Assembly: GCA_019114345.1 (NCBI GenBank)
Contig: DXFS01000019.1
Span: forward strand, 6,989-70,988
From: Candidatus Agathobaculum pullistercoris
Lineage (GTDB): Bacteria; Bacillota; Clostridia; Oscillospirales; Butyricicoccaceae
DNA length: 64,000 bases
Reading direction: 5' to 3'
Under the pieces are notes generated by a model, which did no database searches, was not told where the DNA came from, and saw only the letters and a list, made by a program, of their open reading frames with translations. A program made the translations under genes and the position numbers. Position 1 is the first letter of the stretch; every line of letters starts with the position of its first letter. Positions 17,341-26,876 of the stretch are shown one piece after another.

Positions 17341-20300
17341 TTACTGGAATGCGCCCAGCGTATCCAGTCCGGTCAGGTATGTGGAAAGGTATTCATCCGA
17401 AATTTCGGGCCAGAGGAAGCCCTCCTGCTCGAGCGCACGAATAGAGAAGCCGCTTTCACAAGGCGTCTCGATCAGGTGACGCCCGCCGGTCACGCGGGTC
17501 AGGAAACCGTCAAGCGCGCCGCTGAATGACGGATCTTCGGCAGCATGCAGCATGAATTTATCAAAATCTTCGTCTTCCATCGTACGAACCGGATATCCCA
17601 GCGCGGAAATGTGTGTGAGCAGCTTGCTGACCGGCAGGTCGTTGCTGTCAAAAATATGGAATACCGTATATTCCTCAGCACTGCCCGCCAGGCGGCAGAT
17701 CGCCCGGGCGACCGCGTCGACCGGAGAGAAATTGATCCAGCTGCGTGCCAAAGATTGCGGGCAGCGGCCTGTCCGCACAATGGACTGCAGCAGCTTGGTA
17801 AAGCCGTTAGTGGCCTGGTTCATCTGGAATTCTCCGTCTGTGATGCGTCCCTGCAGGTTGCCGACGCGCATGATCTTGGCGCGCAAGCCGCGGGCAATCT
17901 CGAGCAGGATCAGTTTTTCAGCAGTGAATTTGCTTTCCAGATAATCGTTGGACAGATCCTGGCGGACCCACAGGCGCTGTTCACTCAGGGATACGCCGAT
18001 CTCCGCCATCTCGCGCTCGATAAAGCCGCCGACGCTCAGCGTAGAGATGTGAACCAGTGCGGCGTCATGCTTTTTGCAGAATGCAATCACATTGCGAACA
18101 CCGTCCACATTGGTCTGCCGGATCCGGTTGCCGACGCCGAAATGGCTGACATCCGCTGCGCAGTGGATGACGGTATCAATTTTGACGCCATCCGGCAGGC
18201 TGACGATTTCGTCCCGGATCAGATCGCCGTCGACAGCGAACAGGCGCTGTCCGAACGCTTCGGCAAAATTATTTTCAAAGTAGTAGAAGAGTGAGCCCTT
18301 GAGACGCTTTTCAGGCGTCAGATTATTTTTGGGACGCACCATGCAGTAAATTTTGTTGTAGCCTGTGGTGAGCAGCTCATACAGCACATGGATGCCGAGG
18401 AATCCGGTCGCGCCGGTGAGCAGTACTGTGCCAAGCGGCTGCAGGCCTTTGCGGTAGTTCCGGTTATGGCAGAGCGTGTCCCGCAGGATGGCGGCTTCTT
18501 TCGGGGTGCAGAGCTGTCCGCTTCCGGCAGGAAGGGACGGTCCGCCGTGCGGCGCTGCATCCTGATCGACGCACTGCACCAGATCGCGTACAGTGGGATG
18601 GTCAAAGACCTGCCCGTATTCCAGGTCAAACTCTTCATGTTTGGCCAGCAGCACGATTTGCGCTGCCTGAAGCGATGTGCCGCCGAGATCGAAAAAGCTG
18701 TCAGTTGCACCGATCTCATCTTCAGGTATTTTCAGCACCTGCGAGAAGATGCGGCACATAGCCCGCTCACGTGCATTGCGCGGCGGGATATAGGTGCGCT
18801 CTACCTGGATCGCCTGGTTGGCCAGCGCACGCTTGTCGATCTTGCCGTTTGAGGTGTGTGGCAGATCGGTCATGTAGACGAACAGATCGGGCACCATATA
18901 GCGCGTCAGGAAGCCGCCGGCATACTGCTTCAGTTCGTCCGCTTCGCGTGGTTCAGCAGCAGAATAGAAGCAGCACAGGTGCTCGCGGCCATCGATCAGA
19001 CGGACCAGTACCGCGCACTGGCGGATACCGGGGAAGGATTCGATGCAGCGCTCGACCTCCTTGAGCTCGATGCGCAGGCCGCGCAGTTTGACCTGCTCGT
19101 CGTTGCGGCCGCAGTAGGCGAGGTTACCGTCCGGCAGGGCATAGCCATAATCGCCGGTGAGGTATACGCGGTCGCTGACCGGGCCGTCGCGCAGATCGAT
19201 AAAACGTTCCGCAGTCAGGTCGGGACGGCCGAGATAACCGCGCGCCACGCCATAGCCCGCAACCGCGATCTCGCCGGTTGCGCCGGGCGGTACGATGCGA
19301 TGGTTTTTGTCGAGCAAATAGATCCGCGCCCCGGCAATGGTGGAACCGATGGTAATGTGTTCCCGGATGCGGCCGACTGTTGCGCCGATGGTGATCTCAG
19401 TCGGGCCGTAGCCATTGTACAGGCGTGCAGAAGTTGCCTTGTGCAATGCATCCAGCAGCGGCTGGGTAAACGCCTCGCCGGCAGCGAGGACAATATCTAC
19501 GCCGCGCATCGCCTCGCGGAAGGAAGGCTCTTCCAGATAAGCAAGCAGGCGGGAAGGCGTGCAGTGCAGGATATTGGCATCGTTCTCTGTGATATAGCGG
19601 GCAAGCGCATCCGGATTGTTCATACCGTCCTCGTCCGCAAATACAACAGGCACGCCGTTAAGCAGGGTGGAAAACAGCTCAAACATGGAGATGTCAAAGC
19701 AGATCGAACCGACGGCGACGATCCCCCTGCCGTTAGCGCAGATATCACGGTTGAATTCGTTATTGTCCGGCTGCATGAAGTTGACGATGCCGCGGTGCTC
19801 GATCATCACGCCTTTGGGCTTGCCGGTCGTGCCCGAGGTATAGATGACATAGCACAGCCAGTCCTGGCCGACTGCGGGCAGGGGGCTGTCCGGCGTCTGC
19901 GGCGGGTCAAACAGCGGTCCGGGAGCGATGACCGGACAGCCGGCATCCGGGATGTCCGCGTCCGTGATCAGCAGGCCTGCTTTGCTGTCCGTCAGGATGA
20001 AGCGGATGCGTTCTTCGGGATAGGAACCGTCAATGGGAACATAGGCTGCGCCGGCCTTGAGAATGCCGAGCAGCATCACAGGAAGCGCGGTAGTGCGCGG
20101 CATCAGAAAAGCAACATAGGACTGCGGCTTTACACCGGCAGCGATCAGGTTGCGTGCGACACGGTCGGACACCTCGTCCAATTCCTGGAAGGTATAGCTT
20201 GCCCCCTTGCCGGACAGGGCGCGCCGATCCGGGTGCTTTGCCGCCTGCGCGCGGAAACGGCTGATAATGGTCGCTTCCGGATCGACCGGCAGTACCGGGC

Positions 20301-21603
20301 CGGAGAGCAGCGCGCGCTGGCAGAGCTTGTCCTCGTCAGATAGCAACTCAATCATCCGGCAGGGCTGGGTGCAGCCGGCAATCCCCTGATCCAGAATGGT
20401 GCACAGCATTTGCGCAGTCTGTGCGATCTCGTGAGGGGTGTAGTACGCTGCCCGGTAATCCAGCTGGAAACGGTAATCGCCGTTTCCGCCCCAGTCAAGT
20501 ATATGGAGGGTGAGCAGGTTGGTCATTGCACCGCCAAAGTGCATCGCATACCGCACGGGAAGCCCATGAAGCGGCAGTGCAAAATTCTGATAGGACAGTG
20601 TAAAATGCGACAGCGTCCCCGCCGCACCTTTCCGGGACAGGTCGCCCATGATCTCGGACAGGCCATATCTTTTGTGCGCTGCGGCGAGACGGTTCTGCAC
20701 CTGTACCTCCTGGCACAGGGCGGCAAAGCTGGTCTCCGGTGTGATGTGCAGGCGGACAGGCACTGCCAGCGTATACATGCCCGCGGCATTGCGGTCCATA
20801 GCCGTATCGCGGTTCAGCCGCGGGGTGATGATGATGACGTCCTCCGTGCCCAGCATACGCGACAGATAAACCGCATAGGCGGCAAAAAATACGCAGTACG
20901 GCGTCACATTCTGTTGTGCCGCGAAAGCGCGCAGCTGACTGGAACGTGCACTGCCGACGGAATGCGACGACCATGCAATCCGGTGGCCGGGCTGATCGGG
21001 CATCGGATGCGGGAGACGGCCCGGCTCGGCGCCGCCGAGATAGTCCTGCCAGAAAAGGCGGTCGGTTGAGCGCTCCTCCTCGTTGGAGCTATCCGCTGCG
21101 GCGCGTGACAGGAAGGAGTCAAAATCAGCAGGCTCTTCACCTGCACAGAGTGCAAGCAGGCGGTCATACACAGAGGTGAAGCCATAGCCGTCCGCAACCA
21201 AATGATGCACGCGCAGCAGCAGCGCGGTCTTGCCGGGGAGTGTGTAAATGACCGCGTTGAACAGGGGGCTGTCATAAAGGTCGAAGCAGAAGCGTGCCTG
21301 CTCATCAAATACGGCGGCAAGTTCATCCTCTCCCGAAAGCGGGACGACCCGGCACGCGAAAGGCGTGTACCCGGCGTCATACTGCAGAGGTCCGTCCTTG
21401 GCACGTGTCACACGGATACGGAGCGTTTCAGTGGTCTCTACCAGCCTGTTGAGCGCGCGGTTAAGCAGCACGGGGTCGGGCGCGTTATCAAAGGTCAGCA
21501 GTACGGATTCTGTGTACAGTGCTTTGTCCGGACAGCTTTCGCTTGCAAGCCAGATCTGGTACTGCGGCCGTGTCAACGGGATACAGTTGTGATGAATGTC
21601 CAT
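17341..21603 (-). CDS. single-module NRPS, C-A-T-thioester reductase
   Basis: C: HHLVADG; A: YTSGTTGKPKG, NGYGPTE, LTGD, QVKLRGLRIEL, NGKID; T: FFDLGGTSL; R: TGATGFLG, HCAADV, YLESK. Confidence 0.95.
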   Translation of the reverse strand: MDIHHNCIPLTRPQYQIWLASESCPDKALYTESVLLTFDNAPDPVLLNRALNRLVETTETLRIRVTRAKDGPLQYDAGYTPFACRVVPLSGEDELAAVFDEQARFCFDLYDSPLFNAVIYTLPGKTALLLRVHHLVADGYGFTSVYDRLLALCAGEEPADFDSFLSRAAADSSNEEERSTDRLFWQDYLGGAEPGRLPHPMPDQPGHRIAWSSHSVGSARSSQLRAFAAQQNVTPYCVFFAAYAVYLSRMLGTEDVIIITPRLNRDTAMDRNAAGMYTLAVPVRLHITPETSFAALCQEVQVQNRLAAAHKRYGLSEIMGDLSRKGAAGTLSHFTLSYQNFALPLHGLPVRYAMHFGGAMTNLLTLHILDWGGNGDYRFQLDYRAAYYTPHEIAQTAQMLCTILDQGIAGCTQPCRMIELLSDEDKLCQRALLSGPVLPVDPEATIISRFRAQAAKHPDRRALSGKGASYTFQELDEVSDRVARNLIAAGVKPQSYVAFLMPRTTALPVMLLGILKAGAAYVPIDGSYPEERIRFILTDSKAGLLITDADIPDAGCPVIAPGPLFDPPQTPDSPLPAVGQDWLCYVIYTSGTTGKPKGVMIEHRGIVNFMQPDNNEFNRDICANGRGIVAVGSICFDISMFELFSTLLNGVPVVFADEDGMNNPDALARYITENDANILHCTPSRLLAYLEEPSFREAMRGVDIVLAAGEAFTQPLLDALHKATSARLYNGYGPTEITIGATVGRIREHITIGSTIAGARIYLLDKNHRIVPPGATGEIAVAGYGVARGYLGRPDLTAERFIDLRDGPVSDRVYLTGDYGYALPDGNLAYCGRNDEQVKLRGLRIELKEVERCIESFPGIRQCAVLVRLIDGREHLCCFYSAAEPREADELKQYAGGFLTRYMVPDLFVYMTDLPHTSNGKIDKRALANQAIQVERTYIPPRNARERAMCRIFSQVLKIPEDEIGATDSFFDLGGTSLQAAQIVLLAKHEEFDLEYGQVFDHPTVRDLVQCVDQDAAPHGGPSLPAGSGQLCTPKEAAILRDTLCHNRNYRKGLQPLGTVLLTGATGFLGIHVLYELLTTGYNKIYCMVRPKNNLTPEKRLKGSLFYYFENNFAEAFGQRLFAVDGDLIRDEIVSLPDGVKIDTVIHCAADVSHFGVGNRIRQTNVDGVRNVIAFCKKHDAALVHISTLSVGGFIEREMAEIGVSLSEQRLWVRQDLSNDYLESKFTAEKLILLEIARGLRAKIMRVGNLQGRITDGEFQMNQATNGFTKLLQSIVRTGRCPQSLARSWINFSPVDAVARAICRLAGSAEEYTVFHIFDSNDLPVSKLLTHISALGYPVRTMEDEDFDKFMLHAAEDPSFSGALDGFLTRVTGGRHLIETPCESGFSIRALEQEGFLWPEISDEYLSTYLTGLDTLGAFQ

Positions 21604-21696
21604 AAGCGTGAACTCTCCAATCTATGAAACTCGGATAGCGGAACGGCTGCCCGTTGCGCAGACAGCCGTCAATAAACCCGACAGCATACAATCCAG

Positions 21697-22002
21697 TCAG
21701 GCGGATTCAATTGTCAGGATATCGGAAAAACCCGTCATGTCAAAAACCTCCATGATCTCATCTGAAACATGGCGCAAAGTCATGGTCTGGTTGCCGGCAA
21801 CGACTGCCTTCTGGCCGGTCAGAAGAGAGCGCAGGCCGGCGCTGCTGACGTATGCCAGTTCAGAGAAGTCGAGCATAATGTTTTTCCCGCTTTTGATCTC
21901 GCTGAGCAGTGTGTCCTGAAAATCCGGAGCGGTGGTAGTGTCCAGTCGTCCGTTCAGTTTGAGGACAATCTGGCCGTTTTCCGTACTTTTGCTGATGTTC
22001 AT
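21697..22002 (-). CDS. STAS anti-anti-sigma factor (RsbV/SpoIIAA-like)
   Basis: GRLDTTTAP, LDFSELAYVSSAGLR, EVFDMTGF. Confidence 0.93.
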   Translation of the reverse strand: MNISKSTENGQIVLKLNGRLDTTTAPDFQDTLLSEIKSGKNIMLDFSELAYVSSAGLRSLLTGQKAVVAGNQTMTLRHVSDEIMEVFDMTGFSDILTIESA

Positions 22003-22034
22003 GGCAATGATAACTCCTTTTCAAATGATTGATG

Positions 22035-22499
22035 TCAGGGAAGCGGACAGGCTGTCTTCAGCTGCAACAGATAGGAAGAAAGCTCCCGCTGGATAACAAG
22101 GTAATTCTGTTTGCTCACGGGGAGAACGGTTCCGCCTGAGAGCGTGATCTGATAGCGGCATAGATTGGTCACATAAGGCAGATGTACAAGATAGCTGCGG
22201 TGGCAGCGCAGAAAAGCGCATCCGGAAAGCTGCTCCTCCAGTGCGGACAGATGGCCGCGACCGCAATAGGTCTTACCATCCAGCGTATGGACATGCAGTT
22301 CATGGTCGAATATTTCCGCGTAAAGAATCTGCTGAATGGGAAGGATCTGATCCTCGCCGCGGCTGCGCAGCGTTATAGTGCATGCAGGGCGGACCGCTTT
22401 TTGAGGGCCGGAATGCATGCGGTATCCAACGGCAGGCGCGCCAGCAGAAGCAGTATAACTGGGAGGAAACATGCAGTGGTTCACAGCAGGTATATCCAT
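22035..22499 (-). CDS. stand-alone LytTR DNA-binding protein without a receiver domain
   Basis: ILYAEIFDH, FLRCHRSYLVHL, LPVSK; no REC motifs upstream. Confidence 0.8.
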   Translation of the reverse strand: MDIPAVNHCMFPPSYTASAGAPAVGYRMHSGPQKAVRPACTITLRSRGEDQILPIQQILYAEIFDHELHVHTLDGKTYCGRGHLSALEEQLSGCAFLRCHRSYLVHLPYVTNLCRYQITLSGGTVLPVSKQNYLVIQRELSSYLLQLKTACPLP

Positions 22500-22524
22500 G
22501 GTTCTACCCCCTTTGCCAGCCTAC

Positions 22525-22570
22525 AGTATACTGGAACAAGGACGACAAAAGGACAACAAACGACTTACAA
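22525..22570 (-). promoter_or_regulatory. -10 box with upstream 11-bp direct repeats
   Basis: minus-strand TATACT at 22525-22530; AAGGACGACAA (22538) and AAGGACAACAA (22549) on plus strand. Confidence 0.55.
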
Positions 22571-23347
22571 CCTTTCCATTTTGCCGACGGAAAATTCCGC
22601 CCAGCTGTAACTGGGAAGATAATTGTGGCGGTAACTGTTGATGGCACGGGGATCCCCGTCCAGAAAACGGTAGCTGTCACAGTCGATCATGTCGGCGCGG
22701 ATGGAAATACTGTTGCGGTGCTTGACCAGGATGGAAGCGATGCCGGCCTGGCTGAGTGTATTGCGCAGGTCATGTACAATGGTCTGGAAATAGTTTTTGC
22801 GTGCGATATTGTAAACACCGTCCTCCCACAGGAGGCTGCAAGCCTCCCGAGTTGTCAGCCCGGCACCGCGCCGGTCAATCAGGCAGGCGAGCAACTCTTT
22901 GGATTTTGCGCGGTTGAATACAAGCGGTTTGCCGTTGACACATACCTCGAAGCCGCCGAAAGTATGCACCTGTATGGGACGGGAGGCGGGGGTATCGCCG
23001 TATAAAAAGGTCAGCTCGCGCTTGAGATCGCCGGAATCCACCGGTTTGAGCAGATAGCCGCTGGCATGGATGGCAAAAGCGGATACCGCATATTTTTCAT
23101 AGCCGGTTACGAAAATGATATGCAGATCGGGCTGCAGGTCCTTGAGCTGTTTTGCAAGGGCCAGACCGTTTGCACCGCCCATTTCGATGTCCAGAAACGC
23201 TGCGTCGAACGGCTCAGTCCGGGCCTGTTCCAAAGCGCGTGAGGGGCTGGAAAAACAGGCGCAGGTGCAGCCGGGCGCTGCATCCTCCAATGCAAAGCGG
23301 AGGTCGTCCAGACAAAGGGGCTCATCGTCAATCGCTAAAAAGTTCAT
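22565..23347 (-). CDS. response regulator with REC domain and SARP-like winged-helix output
   Basis: AIDDE, FLDIEM, FVTGY, YLLKP; TFGGFEV, KSKELLACL, LWED; ATGA overlap with the kinase gene. Confidence 0.88.
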   Translation of the reverse strand: MNFLAIDDEPLCLDDLRFALEDAAPGCTCACFSSPSRALEQARTEPFDAAFLDIEMGGANGLALAKQLKDLQPDLHIIFVTGYEKYAVSAFAIHASGYLLKPVDSGDLKRELTFLYGDTPASRPIQVHTFGGFEVCVNGKPLVFNRAKSKELLACLIDRRGAGLTTREACSLLWEDGVYNIARKNYFQTIVHDLRNTLSQAGIASILVKHRNSISIRADMIDCDSYRFLDGDPRAINSYRHNYLPSYSWAEFSVGKMERL

Positions 23348-24621
23348 GCGGTTTCCTCCTTGGGGATGGTAAACAGAACGACGGTTCCGTGGCCTTTTTC
23401 GGGTATGGAGATCTGCAGTGCGCCGCCGCATACGGCAGCCAGACGCTCGCGGACATTTTCCAGCCCGATATGTGTGCGGTCGTCAGGGGAGTGAGGGGAA
23501 AAGCCGACGCCGTCATCCGCAACAGAGATGTGGAAGCTGTCCGGAGTTTCCCAGGTGTGTATGGTGATTGTTCCGCCTTCCGGCTGCGGCGCGATGCCGT
23601 GCCGTACAGCGTTTTCCACAATGGGCTGCAGCGTCAGCGGAGGCAGCAGGAAATCGGTTGCGCTGATCTCATATACAACATGCAGGCGCGTGCCGAACCG
23701 CAGCTGTTCCAGGCTGATATAATGCTGCACATGCTTCAGCTCCTGTGAAAACGGGATCGGCGTACGGTTTGTGAGCGCTTCCGTATTGCCGCGCAGGAAC
23801 AGTGAAAAGTCCGAAATGGCCCGCTGGGCCAGTTGGGGATCCACTGCGCACAGGCGGCGGATGGCAGTCAGTGTATTATAGAGGAAATGTGGCTGGATCT
23901 GGCTGAGCATCATATCGATCCGCATTTCAGCAAGCTGTTTTTCCTGTTTCTGCAGCTGCAGCTCACGCTCGGATTGGATATTGATAAAAATCAGCAGAAG
24001 CGAAATGCTGATGCCGGTGTTGAGCAGTGCGATGCCGTAATGAAAAACCTGAAAGCTGTTTAGCGCCATGGGGAGGACAATATAGCAAACCAGGAAAAAA
24101 ATATCTTTCCGGCGGAGATGTTTGCGGTACACGGCAAGCAGAACGCTGTCTCCGGCAAACATCAGGAAAGGAACCAGGAGCGCCAGCCAAAGCGCACTGC
24201 CGCGGGAATACACATTGCCCGGCAATATTGTGAAATACATCCCATTCCACAGGGAGAGCAGGCTGAATAACATCTGGGCGCCGCACAATGCGGATTCCAC
24301 ATACCAGAATCCACGGTGCACGGTGACCTGCGGTCCGAGACAAGCGCAGATATAGGCGGTAAACGTCAAGAGCAGCGGACCGATACAGAAATAGAACAGC
24401 ATGCTGCCGGCGTTCAGTACTGCGGGAAACCAGGGCTTGGCATACCCCTCACATGCCCAATTCGTAATGTCTCCCAGTGAAATGATGATATTTAAGGTGC
24501 ACATCAGAATAAAGCAGCGGCTTGATGCAGTACGGCGTGTATGGCTGAACAACAGGTAGCACATCAGGATCAGGCAGAGAAGGCAACTGTACAGATCAAG
24601 GGAGATGTTCACAGAACGCAT
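23344..24621 (-). CDS. membrane histidine kinase, LytS/YesM family
   Basis: ~7 TMs; SQIQPHFLYNTL, LQPIVENAVRHG, DDGVGF, HIGLENV. Confidence 0.92.
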   Translation of the reverse strand: MRSVNISLDLYSCLLCLILMCYLLFSHTRRTASSRCFILMCTLNIIISLGDITNWACEGYAKPWFPAVLNAGSMLFYFCIGPLLLTFTAYICACLGPQVTVHRGFWYVESALCGAQMLFSLLSLWNGMYFTILPGNVYSRGSALWLALLVPFLMFAGDSVLLAVYRKHLRRKDIFFLVCYIVLPMALNSFQVFHYGIALLNTGISISLLLIFINIQSERELQLQKQEKQLAEMRIDMMLSQIQPHFLYNTLTAIRRLCAVDPQLAQRAISDFSLFLRGNTEALTNRTPIPFSQELKHVQHYISLEQLRFGTRLHVVYEISATDFLLPPLTLQPIVENAVRHGIAPQPEGGTITIHTWETPDSFHISVADDGVGFSPHSPDDRTHIGLENVRERLAAVCGGALQISIPEKGHGTVVLFTIPKEETA

Positions 24622-24767
24622 GGTCGGGCCTCGCAGAATGATAGAGTCGGCAGTGGATTGACGAAAAGAAAAATTCCTGTTCACGACAGAAAATGTCACT
24701 TTGTGCGCAAACTATGGTAAGATAAAAAAACAGGAGGAAAGCGATAAGCAACGGGGTTTGATGCAGC

Positions 24768-25490
24768 GTGGGAAAAATGGTGCGGATTGCCGCTTACATA
24801 AATGATGAAAAAATTGCCGGAAGGGTCAAAAGCCTATTGCACGCATGGGCGCAGGAGATCGGTGTGGATCTTCAGCTTGTGCTGGAAAGAGGTGTGTTGT
24901 CTGCGCTCAATGCAGAGGGATGCGCGCTTTTCCTGGTGGACAGCGCCGGTCTTGACCATAAGGATATCAGATACCTGCAGGTGATGCATGCAAAGCATCC
25001 CGACTGCGGCCTGGTGCTGCTGGCGGACGATGACCGGACGGCGATCGACGTATATCCATGCCATCCGAATGCACTGGTGCCCAAACCGGTTACATACAGC
25101 GGCTTGGACGCTGCAATGGAGCGCTGTTTCGGTTACTGGCAAAAAGGCTTGCGCTGGCTGGACCTGCCCGCACAGCACAGGCGTGTTCGGATCCCGCTTT
25201 ACCAGCTTTACTATGCGGAAGCCGCCGGACGCAGCAGTATCCTGTACCGCGCAGGGGGCGGGCTGCAGGTAAACTGCTCGCTGTCCGTTTTGGAAGCACA
25301 ATTGCCGCAGCCTCCTTTCCTGCGGGTGCAGAAGAGCTTTGTGGTGCATTTGGGGGCAATCCGCCGTATTTCCGGCGGAGAACTGATCATGTGTAACGAC
25401 AGGGTGATATCCGTTGCACGCAGCAAGCTCCGGCAGGTGCAGGAGGCGCTTGCCTCTTACCGGCGGGCACGCAGCACAGAGGAGGGATAG
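24768..25490 (+). CDS. LytTR-family response regulator with atypical receiver
   Basis: degenerate REC (YINDE, LVDSA, VPKP); LYYAEA, FLRVQKSFVVHL. Confidence 0.82.
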   Translation: MGKMVRIAAYINDEKIAGRVKSLLHAWAQEIGVDLQLVLERGVLSALNAEGCALFLVDSAGLDHKDIRYLQVMHAKHPDCGLVLLADDDRTAIDVYPCHPNALVPKPVTYSGLDAAMERCFGYWQKGLRWLDLPAQHRRVRIPLYQLYYAEAAGRSSILYRAGGGLQVNCSLSVLEAQLPQPPFLRVQKSFVVHLGAIRRISGGELIMCNDRVISVARSKLRQVQEALASYRRARSTEEG

Positions 25491-25491
25491 C

Positions 25492-26235
25492 ATGAAGATT
25501 TCCGTTGCCGTCTGTGATGATTTGGAGGAAGAGCGCCTGCAGATGGCGCGCATGCTGAAAAATTACGGGCGCCGGAATGGCGTATCGTGGAATATCGAAC
25601 TGCTGGAAAGCGGTGACGCATTTTTGGAAGTGTTTCAGCCCGGCCGATGGGATATCGTTCTGATGGATATCTACATGGATGGATTGAACGGGATGGAAGC
25701 CGCCCGCCGCCTGCGCGTCCGGGACAGCGAATGCACCCTGATTTTTGTCACCACCAGTATGGAGCACGGGATTGCCAGCTATGAGCTGCAGGCTTCGGAC
25801 TATCTGGTCAAACCGGTCGCGCAGCGGGATATGGATGCGGCGCTGGACTGGTGTCTGCATGAAAAACAGGAACATTTCCGTACGATCTCTGTGCGTTCGG
25901 AATGGGATGAAATAGAAATTCTGCTAAGGGATATCCTGTACATAGAGATCAGAAGACATACTGCATTTATCCATACAGCTGAACGGATTATCCAGACGCC
26001 GCGCGGCATGAATGCCCTGGAAGAGGAGATTGCAAGCGATAGTTTTCTCCGCTGCCACAGAAGTTTCCTGGTCAACCAGCGCCATATACTGCGTATGGAA
26101 AAACGGGATTTTGTTATGGACAACGGCGATCTTGTGCCGATTGGATCCTCCGATGCCGCGGCGACACGCCAAAAGTTCATGGACTGGCTGTTTCTGCGCA
26201 ACTGGAAAGACGGCGGTGCAGTCGGTATATTCTGA
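25492..26235 (+). CDS. LytR/AlgR (AgrA-like) response regulator
   Basis: VCDD, MDIYM, FVTTS, YLVKP; ILYIE, FLRCHRSFLVN; RBS GGAGGG. Confidence 0.93.
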   Translation: MKISVAVCDDLEEERLQMARMLKNYGRRNGVSWNIELLESGDAFLEVFQPGRWDIVLMDIYMDGLNGMEAARRLRVRDSECTLIFVTTSMEHGIASYELQASDYLVKPVAQRDMDAALDWCLHEKQEHFRTISVRSEWDEIEILLRDILYIEIRRHTAFIHTAERIIQTPRGMNALEEEIASDSFLRCHRSFLVNQRHILRMEKRDFVMDNGDLVPIGSSDAAATRQKFMDWLFLRNWKDGGAVGIF

Positions 26236-26249
26236 AATCATATAAGGAA

Positions 26250-26286
26250 GAGGGGAACGACCCGGACGGGCCGTTCCCTTTTTTTA
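26250..26286 (+). terminator. intrinsic terminator
   Basis: AGGGGAACG-ACCCGGACGGGC-CGTTCCCT followed by a T-tract. Confidence 0.75.
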
Positions 26287-26303
26287 GTTCCGGAGACACC
26301 CGG

Positions 26304-26792
26304 TCATTCCATGGCGCACAGCTCTTCGAAGGTGATGCCGGCAGAGAGCTGCAGCGCATCCCCGTGGTATTCAGCGATCTGGCTGAGAATAAAGGCGAAT
26401 GCGTCGTATACCAGTTCGGCGGACGGCTGGACGGGATACTGCTTGGGCAGCGTCACACAGTACCGGTGGTACAGCTGGTGGTTGTCCCTGCGTATGCCGA
26501 GTGAGCCGAGCAGAAAATCCATGTTCCACAAGGCAGCCGCTTTTTCCAACTCAGTGCAGGCAGCTTCGCTGACCGCATCGATCAGCGTGGTGTAGATCTG
26601 CACAACATCGAAGCCCTCGGACCCCTCGATGAAATGCAGCTCGGTAAACACCAGCTCGGTACCGTCCTCCTGCAGCGGGATGAGCATATTGACGCCGGGA
26701 TGAGCCGGCAGCCGGTTATCCGGCTGAACGTCAAAGCCTTGCCCGCGCAAAATTCCCTCAACTGCGCCTATGATTTGTTGGGATCGCTCCAT
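26304..26792 (-). CDS. acidic YbjN/CesT-like protein (candidate chaperone or immunity protein)
   Basis: ~160 aa acidic; ELEKAAALWNMDFLLGSLGI...LYHRY pattern; directly after the DUF4157 gene. Confidence 0.55.
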   Translation of the reverse strand: MERSQQIIGAVEGILRGQGFDVQPDNRLPAHPGVNMLIPLQEDGTELVFTELHFIEGSEGFDVVQIYTTLIDAVSEAACTELEKAAALWNMDFLLGSLGIRRDNHQLYHRYCVTLPKQYPVQPSAELVYDAFAFILSQIAEYHGDALQLSAGITFEELCAME

Positions 26793-26876
26793 AACGACAG
26801 ACCCTTTCTGTTTCATAAATTATCTTATTATATACCATGTTCTGCAGTAAATGCAATGCAGGAGAAGCGCGGCCAA

